Source of the DNA: an uncultured Chloroflexia bacterium
Lineage (GTDB): Bacteria > Chloroflexota > Anaerolineae > DAOTYC01
Length of the DNA: 64,000 nucleotides
Assembly: GCA_963843645.1 (NCBI GenBank)
Contig: CAWJLE010000005.1
Coordinates: 119,494-183,493 of the forward strand
Reading direction: 5' to 3'
The first letter of the stretch is position 1; every line of letters starts with the position of its first letter. The notes under the pieces are model-generated. The model was not told the DNA's origin, ran no database searches, and was given only the letters and a program-made list of their open reading frames with translations. The position numbers and the translations under genes were made by a program. Positions 47,605-56,816 of this stretch are shown here, piece by piece.

Positions 47605-48558
47605 CTAAGGAGCAACGAACAATGGGCTCGCGCTGACCGCGTCCCAAATCTCCTGGCGGAACGTCTTTTCGTCCTGGAATCGGTAGTAGTTGTGCAACTC
47701 GGCCCAGGCCTTGTCCTGCCGCCCGCTGTACAGGTAATCCAGCACCACCGGCAGCACCGAGCACTTGGTCGAGTTGTCCCACTCACATTTGTCCTGAGCC
47801 TTGGCGCCGATGGCGTCCTGCCGATCTCGAACGATGTCCTCGGTGTACGCCTGCGGGAACTGCGGACTGGCCGGAACGTAGCCACGCCCCGGCTCGTACT
47901 CCATGATGACCTTCACCAGGGGCGAGCCCGCGAAGCAGCAGTACTTGTAGGCAAAGAGATCGTCGCAAGTGATGAACTCCATCGTGCCGTCGCCGTTCAG
48001 ATCCTTCATTTCGCCGTCGCAGTTGGAGTCAGGGCTCTGCAGAACCTTGTCGAGTGTCGGGCCGAGCTCGTACACGAACCACGAGAAGCAGCAATGGGCC
48101 CCACCTGAAAAGGTCTGAACCACCAGGTCGGGGTAGCCCGTGCCGGTGATGTCCGTGCCGGTCAGATCGCTCAGTTTGAAGGCCGATTCGATCTGCACGT
48201 CCGGCTGCCCCGGCTGTGAGATCGTCACGAGGTCCTGGAAACCCATCGCATCCTGGGCCGAGTCGGCCCACAAGCGAATGGTGTACTGGCCGATCTGTCG
48301 CTGCTCCTTCAGGACGTAGGATGTGTCGGGGTAGAGCGTTGATGTCGGCGGGGTCGGCGTGGGTCCGGAAGTCTGTGTGTCCTGGCCCCGTACCGGCGTC
48401 GCGGTGTCGGGGGGAGGGAGCTGGGTATCGCTCTGAGTGACGACCGTGTGTCTTTCCGGAGTAGCTGGCGGCGTGGGTGCTGCTGCATAGCCGGCTGTGC
48501 TCCAATTCAGAATCCCAATACCGGCGATGACAGCGAAGAGGACTGCGAAGCGCTTCAT
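47605..48558 (-). CDS. Secreted Cys-rich hypothetical protein
   Basis: ATG at 48558 after GGAGGGAGG. Signal peptide MKRFAVLFAVIAGIGILNWSTAGYAAA, a Pro/Thr linker, then a domain with FSGGAHCCF, DLNGDGTMEF (FG-GAP/VCBS-like hint) and several Cys pairs. Confidence 0.6.
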   Translation of the reverse strand: MKRFAVLFAVIAGIGILNWSTAGYAAAPTPPATPERHTVVTQSDTQLPPPDTATPVRGQDTQTSGPTPTPPTSTLYPDTSYVLKEQRQIGQYTIRLWADSAQDAMGFQDLVTISQPGQPDVQIESAFKLSDLTGTDITGTGYPDLVVQTFSGGAHCCFSWFVYELGPTLDKVLQSPDSNCDGEMKDLNGDGTMEFITCDDLFAYKYCCFAGSPLVKVIMEYEPGRGYVPASPQFPQAYTEDIVRDRQDAIGAKAQDKCEWDNSTKCSVLPVVLDYLYSGRQDKAWAELHNYYRFQDEKTFRQEIWDAVSASPLFVAP

Positions 48559-48706
48559 ATGAGACCTCCCTCCGTGGGATCGGTTTGTCTGGAAGAGAAA
48601 GGCGACGATCGAAAAAGCGACGTCGTGTGGACGAAAACCATTGTACTCAATCGCGCGCCCCATGCAAGTTGTCACACTTCCTGAACCTTAAAATTGCGCC
48701 CGTTCC

Positions 48707-48740
48707 TTGACAAACGACAATTTGTAACTATAATGGTTAC
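48707..48740 (+). promoter_or_regulatory. Consensus promoter TTGACA-16 nt-TATAAT with GTAAC-N7-GTTAC inverted repeat over the -10 (putative Rrf2 operator)
   Basis: TTGACA at 48707-48712 and TATAAT at 48729-48734. GTAAC (48724-48728) and GTTAC (48736-48740) bracket the -10. It lies about 30 nt upstream of the Rrf2 gene start. Confidence 0.6.
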
Positions 48741-48768
48741 GAAATTAAAGAGAGGTGCCTGGTAGACG

Positions 48769-49263
48769 ATGAACAGTCGATTCACGGTTGCGGTACACGT
48801 TCTAACCTTTCTGGCACTGGCCGGAGGGGAGCCCACGCCGTCGGACTTCATCGCAGACAGCGCGGGCACACACCCCGTTGTGATCCGACGCATCATGGGC
48901 GACCTACGGCGAGCCGGACTGGTGACGGCACAATCGGGTACGGGGGGCGGTTGCAGTTTGGCACGGCCGTCGACCGATATCACCTTGCTGGACGTGTACC
49001 GGGCCACAGCTGCAGGAGACCTCTTCGCGCTTCATCCTGGGACCCCAAATCCCAACTGCGCTTGCGGGAGCAATATCCAGCCGGTGCTGCGAGGAGTATT
49101 TGGGGCGGCCGAATCTGCGATGGAGCACGTACTATCAGGAATAACCATTGCCCACGTCGCGGGTGAGATTTTGGCACGCGCGCACGAGGCGGGTGGTAAA
49201 GGCGGTAGCTGGCAGGAGAACTTTGCCAGAGAAGATTTTCGCGCTGACGTGGCGAGCCAGTGA
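48769..49263 (+). CDS. Rrf2-family transcriptional regulator
   Basis: MNSRFTVAVHVLTFLALAGGEPTPSDFIADSAGTHPVVIRRIMGDLRRAGLVTAQSGTGGGCSLARP is an Rrf2 wHTH. The product is 164 aa. Confidence 0.85.
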   Translation: MNSRFTVAVHVLTFLALAGGEPTPSDFIADSAGTHPVVIRRIMGDLRRAGLVTAQSGTGGGCSLARPSTDITLLDVYRATAAGDLFALHPGTPNPNCACGSNIQPVLRGVFGAAESAMEHVLSGITIAHVAGEILARAHEAGGKGGSWQENFAREDFRADVASQ

Positions 49264-49302
49264 TCGACTTCAAGCAGGCTCACCACCTCACGGGAGGCTA
49301 AC

Positions 49303-49452
49303 ATGATAAACTCAATCGCATTGATAGGGGCGATCCTGGCCGGCACGACGTGGCTGTGGTTGATCTACAACAAAGCGCGGGCGGAAAGCCGGAGGGCTTA
49401 CCAGCCCATCCCAATTCGTATCGATGAACCTCGCCGTCGAAGAAGAGGTTAA
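49303..49452 (+). CDS. Possible 49-aa single-TM peptide
   Basis: ATG at 49303 after GGGAGG. The product is MINSIALIGAILAGTTWLWLIYNKARAESRRAYQPIPIRIDEPRRRRRG. It fills the gap between the Rrf2 and SDR genes and is not in the supplied track (under 60 aa). Confidence 0.35.
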   Translation: MINSIALIGAILAGTTWLWLIYNKARAESRRAYQPIPIRIDEPRRRRRG

Positions 49453-49454
49453 CG

Positions 49455-50174
49455 ATGAATCGAACCGCGCTGATCACCGGTGCAAGCCGTGGGCTAGGCG
49501 CGGTTGTGGCCCGCTTTCTGGCGGCCGAGGGTGACGATCTGGTCATCACCGCCCGGGGAGCTGCCGCGCTTGAGGCGGAAGCCAACGAGCTGTCGTCAAT
49601 GGGCGGAAGGGTTCTCGCCCTGGCCGGCGACGTGGCTGATCCGCACCATCGGCAGCGTCTGATGCGGGAAGTCCAACAAAGGGGTCGTCTTGACCTGTTG
49701 GTGAATAACGCCTCGGAGTTGGGCGCCACACCGCTGCCGCCCTTGACTTCGTATCCACTGGATGAACTGGAGCGCGTCCTGGCAGTAAACGTGATCGCTC
49801 CGCTCGCGCTGGTACAGCTGGGTTTGCCGCTGCTCAAGGCCCGCCACGGGCTCGTGGTGAACATTTCCAGTGACGCCGCGGTCGGTGGGTACCCTGGCTG
49901 GGGCGGCTACGGTGCCAGCAAGGCCGCCCTCGATCTGGTGTCGCTCACTTTGGCGAATGAGCTGACGGCTGAGGGCGTCGCAGTCGTCAGCGTCGATCCG
50001 GGCGACATGCGCACGGCGATGCATCAGGCGGCGTACCCCGGTCAGGACATTTCCGACCGGCCGCTGCCGGAGGTAACGCTGCCGTTTTGGGTGTGGCTGT
50101 TCGGTCAGGATCATCAGGCCATCAACGGTCGCCGGTACGTCGCTCAGGAAGAGCGCTGGGAGGTGCCGGCGTGA
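49455..50174 (+). CDS. Short-chain dehydrogenase/reductase
   Basis: ALITGASRGLG, NNAS, YGASKAAL (YxxxK). The product is 239 aa. Confidence 0.85.
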   Translation: MNRTALITGASRGLGAVVARFLAAEGDDLVITARGAAALEAEANELSSMGGRVLALAGDVADPHHRQRLMREVQQRGRLDLLVNNASELGATPLPPLTSYPLDELERVLAVNVIAPLALVQLGLPLLKARHGLVVNISSDAAVGGYPGWGGYGASKAALDLVSLTLANELTAEGVAVVSVDPGDMRTAMHQAAYPGQDISDRPLPEVTLPFWVWLFGQDHQAINGRRYVAQEERWEVPA

Positions 50175-51216
50175 TCCGGGCGGAGCTGAAATTCACCCGA
50201 CCGGCGGATTTGGCTGCGACTGCGCCGCCGGAGCTGCGAGGGCTGGCGCGCGATGCCGTCCGCCTGATGGTAACCAAGCCGGGCGGACACACTCACGCCC
50301 GGTTTTTCGATTTGCCCGAGTTCTTGCGGCCGGGCGATTTGTTGGTCGTCAATCGCAGTGCCACGTTGCCAGCGAGTCTGCCGGTGGAGAGCCGCCTGGG
50401 TGCCATCCGGCTCAACCTGTCCACTCGCTATGGGCGGGGCGTCTGGCTGGCGGAACCCCGCTGGAGCGCGGCCCAACCTGGACCCCTGCCGTTGCGCCCA
50501 GGTGAAGATTTCAGCGTCGACGGCGTCACCATTCGGGCTATCGCGCCTTATCCCGGGTTGCCGCGTTTATGGTTCATTCAGGCCGGCGGCGGCTTGGATC
50601 TCGCGATCTCGCGCGTCGGCAGGCCGATACGTTACAGCTACGTCTCCGAAGAATACCCGCTCGAGACGTATCAGACGATTTTCGCCTGCGTGCCCGGCAG
50701 CGCCGAGATGCCATCGGCGGGTCGGCCATTTTCCTCCTCTCTGCTCCAGCGCCTGAGAGACAAAGGGATCGAACAGGCAGAAGTGCTGTTGCACGCCGGA
50801 GTGTCCAGCCTGGAGTCGAGCCGGGCCAGGCGGAATCTGAAAGGGTGTTTCCGGAACCCTTCTGGGTGTCTGTGGCGGCGGCCGAAGCCGTGAATCGAGC
50901 GAGAAACGAGGGCCGGCGGGTTATTGCCGTGGGTACGACCGTGGTTCGGGCGTTGGAGTCGGCGTGGGATGAACGTGGCGACCGGCTGCGTGCCGCGACG
51001 GGCTTCACACGCGTGTACCTGCATCCCGGCAGGCCGATCCGCGCCGCGGACGGTCTCATTACCGGATTCCACGATCCGGCCACCAGCCACCTGGCATTGC
51101 TCCAGGCCCTGGCCGATCCACAACTGATTCGCGCCGCCTATGCCGAGGCGATTCGAGAGCGATACCTCTGGCACGAATTCGGCGACAGCCATTTGATCGT
51201 AGTGCGTGATGCGTGA
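50171..51216 (+). CDS. queA: S-adenosylmethionine:tRNA ribosyltransferase-isomerase (one frame break near 50815)
   Basis: GTG at 50171 overlaps the SDR stop (GTGA). LLVVNRSATLPA ... VGRPIRYSYV ... YQTIFACVPGSAEMPSAGRPF (ORF 50087..50893) continues as VFPEPFWVS...RRVIAVGTTVVRALES ... LITGFHDPATSHLALL (ORF 50569..51216). Confidence 0.85.
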
Positions 51217-51306
51217 GGCGTGATACGTAAATAGGTGATAGCGTGATGCGTAATAAACCACTTCATTACGCATCACGCTATCACCTATTTACGTATCACG
51301 CCTCAC
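51213..51306. repeat. Perfect palindrome: 42-bp arms, 10-nt loop, built from CGTGAT-type sub-repeats; likely bidirectional terminator
   Basis: GTGAGGCGTGATACGTAAATAGGTGATAGCGTGATGCGTAAT (51213-51254) is the exact reverse complement of 51265-51306, checked base by base. The left arm starts inside the queA stop codon region and the right arm ends 3 nt before the asnS stop. Confidence 0.95.
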
Positions 51307-51309
51307 TTC

Positions 51310-52606
51310 TTACGGGTACAGGCGGTTGAGCACGCGGGGGAACGGGATCGTTTCGCGGACGTGGTCGATCTTGCAGATCCATGCCACGGTGCGCTCGATG
51401 CCCAGGCCGAAGCCGGAGTGCGGCACGGAGCCGTAGCGCCGCAGGTCCAGGTACCACTCGTAGGCCTCGCGCGGCAGCTTGTGCTCCACGATGCGCTGCT
51501 CCAAGAGCTCGAGGCTGGCCGTGCGTTGGCCTCCGCCGATGATCTCGCCGTAACCTTCGGCCGCGAGCAGGTCTACGGACAGGCAGGCCTTGGGATCCAC
51601 CGGGTCCGCCTCCATGTAGAACGCCTTGATCGCCGTCGGGTAATGGTGGACGAAGACCGGCTTGTCGAAGTGCTCGCCCAGCACGGTTTCATGGGGGGCG
51701 CCGAAGTCATCACCCCACTTTGCATCCACGCCTTCCTTCTGCAGGATCTCGATCGCCTCGGTGTACGTGATCCGCGGGAAGGGTGGAACCACGTTCTTAA
51801 GGTACGAAGTGTCGCGTTCCAGCACTGCGAGCTCGGCGGCCCGATTCGTCAGGCAGCGCTGCACCACGTAGCTGACCAGCTCCTCCTCTACCTCCATGCA
51901 CTCGTCCAGATCGGCGAAAGCCATTTCGGGCTCGACCATCCAGAATTCCAGCAGGTGGCGGCGTGTCTTGGACTTCTCGGCGCGGAACGTGGGACCGAAG
52001 CAGTAAACGCGGCCGAAGGCCATGATGTCGGCTTCGTTGTAGAGCTGCCCGCTCTGGGACAGGTAGGCGGGCGAGCCGAAGAAGTCGGTCTCGAACAGCG
52101 TAGTCGTGCCCTCGCAGGCGGCCGGCGTCAGAATCGGCGTGTCCATGTTGACGAAGTGGTGGTCGTTCAGCCAATCTCGGACGGCGCTGATGACCTCGGC
52201 CCGGATGCGCAGGATGGCGTGCTGCCGCGCGGACCGAATCCACAGGTGCCGATGATCCATGAGAAACTCGATGCCGTGTTCTTTCGGCGAAATGGGGTAG
52301 TCCTGGGCGATCTGGACGACCTGGAGCGCGGTGACGTCCAGCTCGAAACCCACCCGGCGCGCGATCGTCGGCGCGCACGGTCCCTGTGACGATGACCGAG
52401 GACTCTTGCGTCAGCTTGACGGCCGATTCGAAGGCTTCCGGCGGGACGTTCTTCTTGAACACCACGCACTGGATCATGCCGGTGCCGTCACGCAGCATGA
52501 TGAACTGCAGCCGGCCCTTATCGGTCTTGTTGTAGACCCAACCTTTGAGGGTGACTTCTTGCCCGACGTAATCGGCGATTTTCTCCACGTAAACGTGTTT
52601 GGCCAT
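51310..52606 (-). CDS. asnS: Asparagine--tRNA ligase (one frame break near 52347)
   Basis: The N-terminal OB fold [43 protein letters not shown]...[13 protein letters not shown] (ORF 51797..52609) continues as [11 protein letters not shown] ... [21 protein letters not shown] ... GGGQR ... [10 protein letters not shown] (ORF 51310..52353). Class II motifs 2 and 3 are present. Confidence 0.95.
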
Positions 52607-52750
52607 CAAATTGACCTCCCGGCACCTCGTATTGAGTCCGTCGACCCAAAATGGCGATCCTGTTTGACGCGCCGATTATAGCATACGCCCAGCCGTCGGG
52701 CAAAGGCCGACAGACCCCTCTCCGCCAAGGACAAATCGGTTCGTTACTCA

Positions 52751-53488
52751 TTAGTCCGTGATCAGCCGGTCTCGCCGAAAGCGGTTCAGCGCCAACACAT
52801 ACAGTACGACATCCAAACCTCCCAGAATCAAGCTGATGAGAACGGTAATCTGCATAGGGTCCGTGCTCAGCAAGGCGTCGAGCAGACGCACTTTCCATTC
52901 CGAAGGGAGGGCACGCACGCCAAAAACCGGCGCGAACAGGATCAACAAGACCACGATGCCCAGAGTTTGCTGGGCCTGTCGCACGGTCTTCGACCGCAGT
53001 GAGACGAAGACCCCCGCCCCGCTGGCCAGCATTGCGGCCAGGATACTCAGAACCGCAATCGCCAGAACGATGGCAGGGGGATACAGCAAGAGCTGACCCT
53101 GGCCGTGCGCCACGTTAACCGTTACCAGGGCGACCGCCAGGCCGGCCCAGGACAGCCCCAGGCTGTAGCCGACGACGGCGCCGAGTTTCCCCAACAAGAT
53201 GGCGCGATCCGACAGGCGACTCGCCAGCAGTGTTTCCAGGGTGTGCCGCTCCCGCTCGCCTGCGAAAGAATCTGCCACGACCATGGTTACCATGTAGAGC
53301 GCCAGCCATGCGCCGAAGTAGGGTGCGATCGGCAGTTCAACCCAGGCAAGGCCCATCTGCACCGGCACGAGAATTCCAAACACGCCCACGACGACCAGCA
53401 CACGCAAGCCCGTGCCACGGAAGCTGCCGCCGGAAAGGAGCAATTCTTTCCACTCTTTCCACATCACAGTCCAGATGTCAGCGATCAT
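52751..53488 (-). CDS. ABC-2 type transporter permease
   Basis: A 245-aa product with six hydrophobic segments. Its start overlaps the stop of the upstream ABC ATPase (ATGA at 53485-53488). Confidence 0.75.
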   Translation of the reverse strand: MIADIWTVMWKEWKELLLSGGSFRGTGLRVLVVVGVFGILVPVQMGLAWVELPIAPYFGAWLALYMVTMVVADSFAGERERHTLETLLASRLSDRAILLGKLGAVVGYSLGLSWAGLAVALVTVNVAHGQGQLLLYPPAIVLAIAVLSILAAMLASGAGVFVSLRSKTVRQAQQTLGIVVLLILFAPVFGVRALPSEWKVRLLDALLSTDPMQITVLISLILGGLDVVLYVLALNRFRRDRLITD

Positions 53489-54420
53489 TTTGACTCCTGA
53501 ACCAGCATCAAGAACGTCTCTTCGAGGCTGGGTCTTTCTTTTCGGACTTCCTCAATCTGAGCGCCGGACGCGGTCAGGGCGCTGACGAGCGGCGCGACGT
53601 CGAGGTGGTCCCGGCGCAGGTCGATGAACAGACGATCCCCTTGCAGGTCGAGTCCTGCCACCTCCGGGCGGGCCTGCAGCATGGCCAGGACGTCGTCGCT
53701 GAATCCGCGCCCAACGACTACGATGCGCGGCGTCGCGTTTTCGGCGCGTAATTCGTCGGGCCGACCGGTGGCCACGAGTTTCCCCTGGCGGATCACGCCC
53801 ACGCGCTCGCACAGCTTCTCTGCTTCAGCCAGGTTGTGCGTCGTCAGGAAGACCGTGACGCCCTCCCGCGTGGCCAGGGCGGCGAGATCGTCGCGGATCG
53901 CTACCGACGCTGCCGGGTCGAGCCCGGCCGTTGGCTCATCGAGGAAGACGAGCGCCGGCCGATGCAGAAGGGCGCGGGCAATCGCCAGCTTTTGCTTCAT
54001 TCCGCGGCTCCAGGTGTTGACGCCTTCCTTGCGCCGGTCCCACAGGCCAAAGTGCGAGAGCAGCTCTTTGATCCGCGCTCTTCGATCTTCAGCCGGCAGA
54101 TGCCAGACACGGCCGTAAAACTCCAGATTGTCTTCGGCGCTCAGTCGTTCGTACAGGCCGGGATGTTCGAGCAATGCGCCCGTCTGCTGCCGGATCTGGT
54201 CGGCCTGCGTTCGAACGTCGAAGCCCAGCACGCGGGCCTGGCCGCCGGTCACTTGCAGCAGGCCCAACAACAGACAAATCGTGGTCGTCTTGCCGGCGCC
54301 ATTGGGCCCTAAGAAGCCGAACAACATGCCCGCCGGGACCTGCAAGGACAGGCCGTCCACGGCTCGCACGGAGCCAAATTCGCGGGTCAGGTTGTCGGTG
54401 TCGATTGCCAGTTGAACCAT
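53485..54420 (-). CDS. ABC transporter ATP-binding protein
   Basis: GPNGAGKTT (Walker A), signature-like SRGMKQKLAIA, LVFLDEPTAGLD (Walker B), H-loop TTHNL. The product is 311 aa. Confidence 0.9.
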   Translation of the reverse strand: MVQLAIDTDNLTREFGSVRAVDGLSLQVPAGMLFGFLGPNGAGKTTTICLLLGLLQVTGGQARVLGFDVRTQADQIRQQTGALLEHPGLYERLSAEDNLEFYGRVWHLPAEDRRARIKELLSHFGLWDRRKEGVNTWSRGMKQKLAIARALLHRPALVFLDEPTAGLDPAASVAIRDDLAALATREGVTVFLTTHNLAEAEKLCERVGVIRQGKLVATGRPDELRAENATPRIVVVGRGFSDDVLAMLQARPEVAGLDLQGDRLFIDLRRDHLDVAPLVSALTASGAQIEEVRKERPSLEETFLMLVQESK

Positions 54421-54520
54421 TCTGTTTCCCTTCGAAATCTCACATCGTCAAACCGAGGATTCCGCCCCGTTCCCACCGGCGGAGTCCAGCCGAAGTCGTG
54501 TCCGTCCATCCATCGTCCAT

Positions 54521-54950
54521 CTATCGATGGAGCGAAACCAGGGCTGGAACCGCGTCGAACAATGCGAAATCCTAGCGGCATCCCGATGATGGTCATGCAG
54601 AGCACGTACGCGACTTCCATAACGATCGCGCTAAGCCACCAACCGATCAGGACGAAGTAGATCGCTCGGAGCACGATGTTGTGCTGGGGCACGCTGCCAC
54701 CGTCGGACACGACCGTTACTCCTCCGACGTGGGTAACCGTGACTGCCGATTGCTGACCGCGCAAGGCCATGATCTGCGGGATGCGATTGAGCATCATGAC
54801 CCCGAATGGGATGCCGACCACGGTCAGCATCAGCACCCAGGACACCGCGATCCAGATCTGTCCCAGCCACCAGCCGATGAAGAGGAACCACAGTACCTGC
54901 ACCAGGCAGCCGTGGCCATCGTGAGCCTTAATGACGACAGTGTTGCTCAT
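54521..54950 (-). CDS. yccF: YccF-like inner membrane protein (tandem DUF307; one frame break near 54568)
   Basis: ATG at 54950 after GAGGAGG. There are two repeats: LWFLFIGWWLGQIWIAVSWVLMLTVVGIPFG and IYFVLIGWWLSAIVMEVAYVLCMTIIGMPLG. Removing one A from AAA at 54567-54569 gives a natural ending, FALFDAVPALVSLHR-stop at 54521. Confidence 0.75.
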
Positions 54951-55234
54951 ACCACCACCTCCTCGAACCCATACGGGCCCGCGCCCCACCTGCGTATCGT
55001 CGCGCGCGGGCGCTGGTCAACCTGCTGATTCTACATCAGCGCGAGTTCGCGGGCAAGTGGCGTGCCGGCATAGTTCACGTCAAACGCACAGAATGTCGGT
55101 CCTCAATTCGACCCGTCTGCCGTGACACGAGCCCTGAGAACGGTTGACATCCCCATGGAATTATGCTCTAATAAACGCCGCCTGCTATATGGCAACGACG
55201 ACTGTAGTGCGACAATCCACGAGGGAGGGCGAGA

Positions 55235-56557
55235 GTGATGCCGGACCAGACGAAAGAGGTCTTGTTCCAGGAGTCTTCGAAGTATCTGCCGGGGGGCGTG
55301 ACCGCTGCAACTCGACTGAACAAGGCGCTGCACGGCGTGTTCTTCATCAGCCGCGGCGACGGGGGGAAGGTGTACGATGTGGAAGGCCGCGAGTACGTGG
55401 ACCTCTGCACGTCCCACGGTGCGACATTCCTGGGCCACAACAACGCGCAGATCAAGGCGGCTATCGGCCAGGCGTTGGAGATGGGCATCGTATGCTCCGC
55501 GGAGACCGAGTTCCAGACCCGCCTGGCAAAGAAGATCGTCGAGATGATTCCTTCAGCCGAGATGGTGCGATTCGCCACCAGCGGCACTGAAGCGACGATG
55601 TATGCCATCCGCGCCGCCCGCACCTACACCGGCAAGGAGAAGATCGTCAAATTTGAAGGGCATTTCCATGGCATCCACGACTATGCTGAGTGGAGCTTCG
55701 CCCCGCCGCTGGACCAGGCCGGCCCTGTCGATCGGCCGACTCCTTACGCCCAAACCGCGGGCATGCCGGCCGCTGTCCGCGATCTGGTCATTCCCCTGCC
55801 GTTCAACAATCTGCCCGTCCTGGAGAAGACCCTAAAGTCGCGCAAGGATGAGATCGCCGCGGTGATCCTGGAGCCGGTGTGCTACAACAGTGGCTGCCTG
55901 AAGCCGCGGCCGGGCTACCTCGAGGCGCTCCGCGAGCTGACGCGTGACCTGAACATCGTCCTGATCTTCGACGAGGTCCTGTCCGGTTTTCGGATGGCTC
56001 CCGGCGGGGCACAGCAATACCTCGGTGTGACTCCCGATATGACGACGCTTGCCAAGGCACTCGCGGGCGGCGTGCCTCTCAGTGCATTTTGTGGCAAGCG
56101 CGAGATCATGGAGCAAATCAACCCCATGGGTCGGGCCGAGCACTCCGGAACCTACAACGCCCACCTGATCCCCGTCATGGCGGGCCTCGCCAGCCTGGAC
56201 CAGATTTCCGCCCCCGGATTCTACGATCACATCAACGAACTCGGCGATCGCCTGTATTCCGGACTGGATGAGATCATCGGGCGGCTGGGGCTGAAGATCC
56301 GCCTGCAGTATCTGGGCGCGCGCTTTGCGCTCCATTTCGGCATGGACCCGGACGTAGAGATCGTCGACTATCGGCAGTCGCTGGGTCACGATGTGGACAC
56401 GCATCTGAAGTTCCTGGCCGCAGCGGTGGAGAACGGCGTCTACTTCCACGATTACGGGGGACGGCCGGCGCACCATGGCTTTTCGGCCGCGCACACGGCG
56501 GCCGACATCGACCGCGCCCTGGAGGGGATCGACGCCGCGCTGCAGACGGTGGCCTGA
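55235..56557 (+). CDS. Class III PLP aminotransferase (glutamate-1-semialdehyde 2,1-aminomutase-like, not clearly HemL)
   Basis: YLPGGV ... DVEGREYVDL ... RFATSGTEATMYAIRAAR ... IFDEVLSGFR ... TTLAKALAGGVPLSAF (PLP Lys). The product is 440 aa. GTG at 55235 or ATG at 55238 follows GAGGGAGGG. Confidence 0.8.
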   Translation: MMPDQTKEVLFQESSKYLPGGVTAATRLNKALHGVFFISRGDGGKVYDVEGREYVDLCTSHGATFLGHNNAQIKAAIGQALEMGIVCSAETEFQTRLAKKIVEMIPSAEMVRFATSGTEATMYAIRAARTYTGKEKIVKFEGHFHGIHDYAEWSFAPPLDQAGPVDRPTPYAQTAGMPAAVRDLVIPLPFNNLPVLEKTLKSRKDEIAAVILEPVCYNSGCLKPRPGYLEALRELTRDLNIVLIFDEVLSGFRMAPGGAQQYLGVTPDMTTLAKALAGGVPLSAFCGKREIMEQINPMGRAEHSGTYNAHLIPVMAGLASLDQISAPGFYDHINELGDRLYSGLDEIIGRLGLKIRLQYLGARFALHFGMDPDVEIVDYRQSLGHDVDTHLKFLAAAVENGVYFHDYGGRPAHHGFSAAHTAADIDRALEGIDAALQTVA

Positions 56558-56582
56558 GTCAGAGTCCAGGCTTCTGAACAGC

Positions 56583-56633
56583 GGACTTCCGGAGTTACCA
56601 AGACTCCGGGAAGTTCCGGGAAAGTCCGGTTTT
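56583..56633 (+). terminator. Terminator-like imperfect hairpins with GGACTTCCGGAG core and T tract
   Basis: GGACTTCCGGAGT...ACTCCGGGAAGTTCC...GGGAAAGTCCGG followed by TTTT (56630-56633). It lies 25 nt after the aminotransferase stop. Confidence 0.55.
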
Positions 56634-56716
56634 CAACTGGTGAAGTGGGTCAGAGTGGGTAAAAATGGAGTAACTGAAAGTAGTCGAATAGTGCACAATC
56701 CGTGTGGCAGAAATCG

Positions 56717-56744
56717 TTGACAAAAGCTCCGCGTTGACTATAAT
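56717..56744 (+). promoter_or_regulatory. Consensus promoter TTGACA-16 nt-TATAAT
   Basis: TTGACA at 56717-56722 and TATAAT at 56739-56744. It lies about 70 nt upstream of the SDR start at 56817. Confidence 0.55.
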
Positions 56745-56816
56745 CGTAACCAGGCTCACAGAGTCGAGACTCGAGGGTTCGGCGCATTCACGTCTCTGTT
56801 GTGGGAGGAGAAGATC

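Noticed and set aside
47586-47885. Upstream 100-aa extension of the C45 hydrolase ORF (46536..47885), and the long forms 16590..17177, 47605..48675 and 44979..46517.
   Set aside because: The extensions overlap neighbouring genes or are Arg-rich nonsense. Internal starts with good Shine-Dalgarno sequences, signal peptides or stop/start coupling (47585, 17090, 48558, 46301) fit better.
43895-48558. Genomic island or prophage remnant interpretation of the cyclase/C45/secreted-protein patch.
   Set aside because: There are no integrase, transposase, phage or conjugation genes, no flanking tRNA or direct repeats, and no obvious compositional shift visible by eye.
50671-51276. 201-aa ORF on the minus strand starting in the queA/asnS palindrome (MMRNEVVYYASRYHLFTYHASRITHY...).
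   Set aside because: It is a translation of the CGTGAT-repeat palindrome followed by the antisense of queA, with no RBS and no motifs.
51213-51306. CRISPR-like array (also considered for 21691-21783 and 60132-60240).
   Set aside because: The repeats are inverted, not direct, with only two or three copies, no regular repeat-spacer periodicity and no cas genes in the window.
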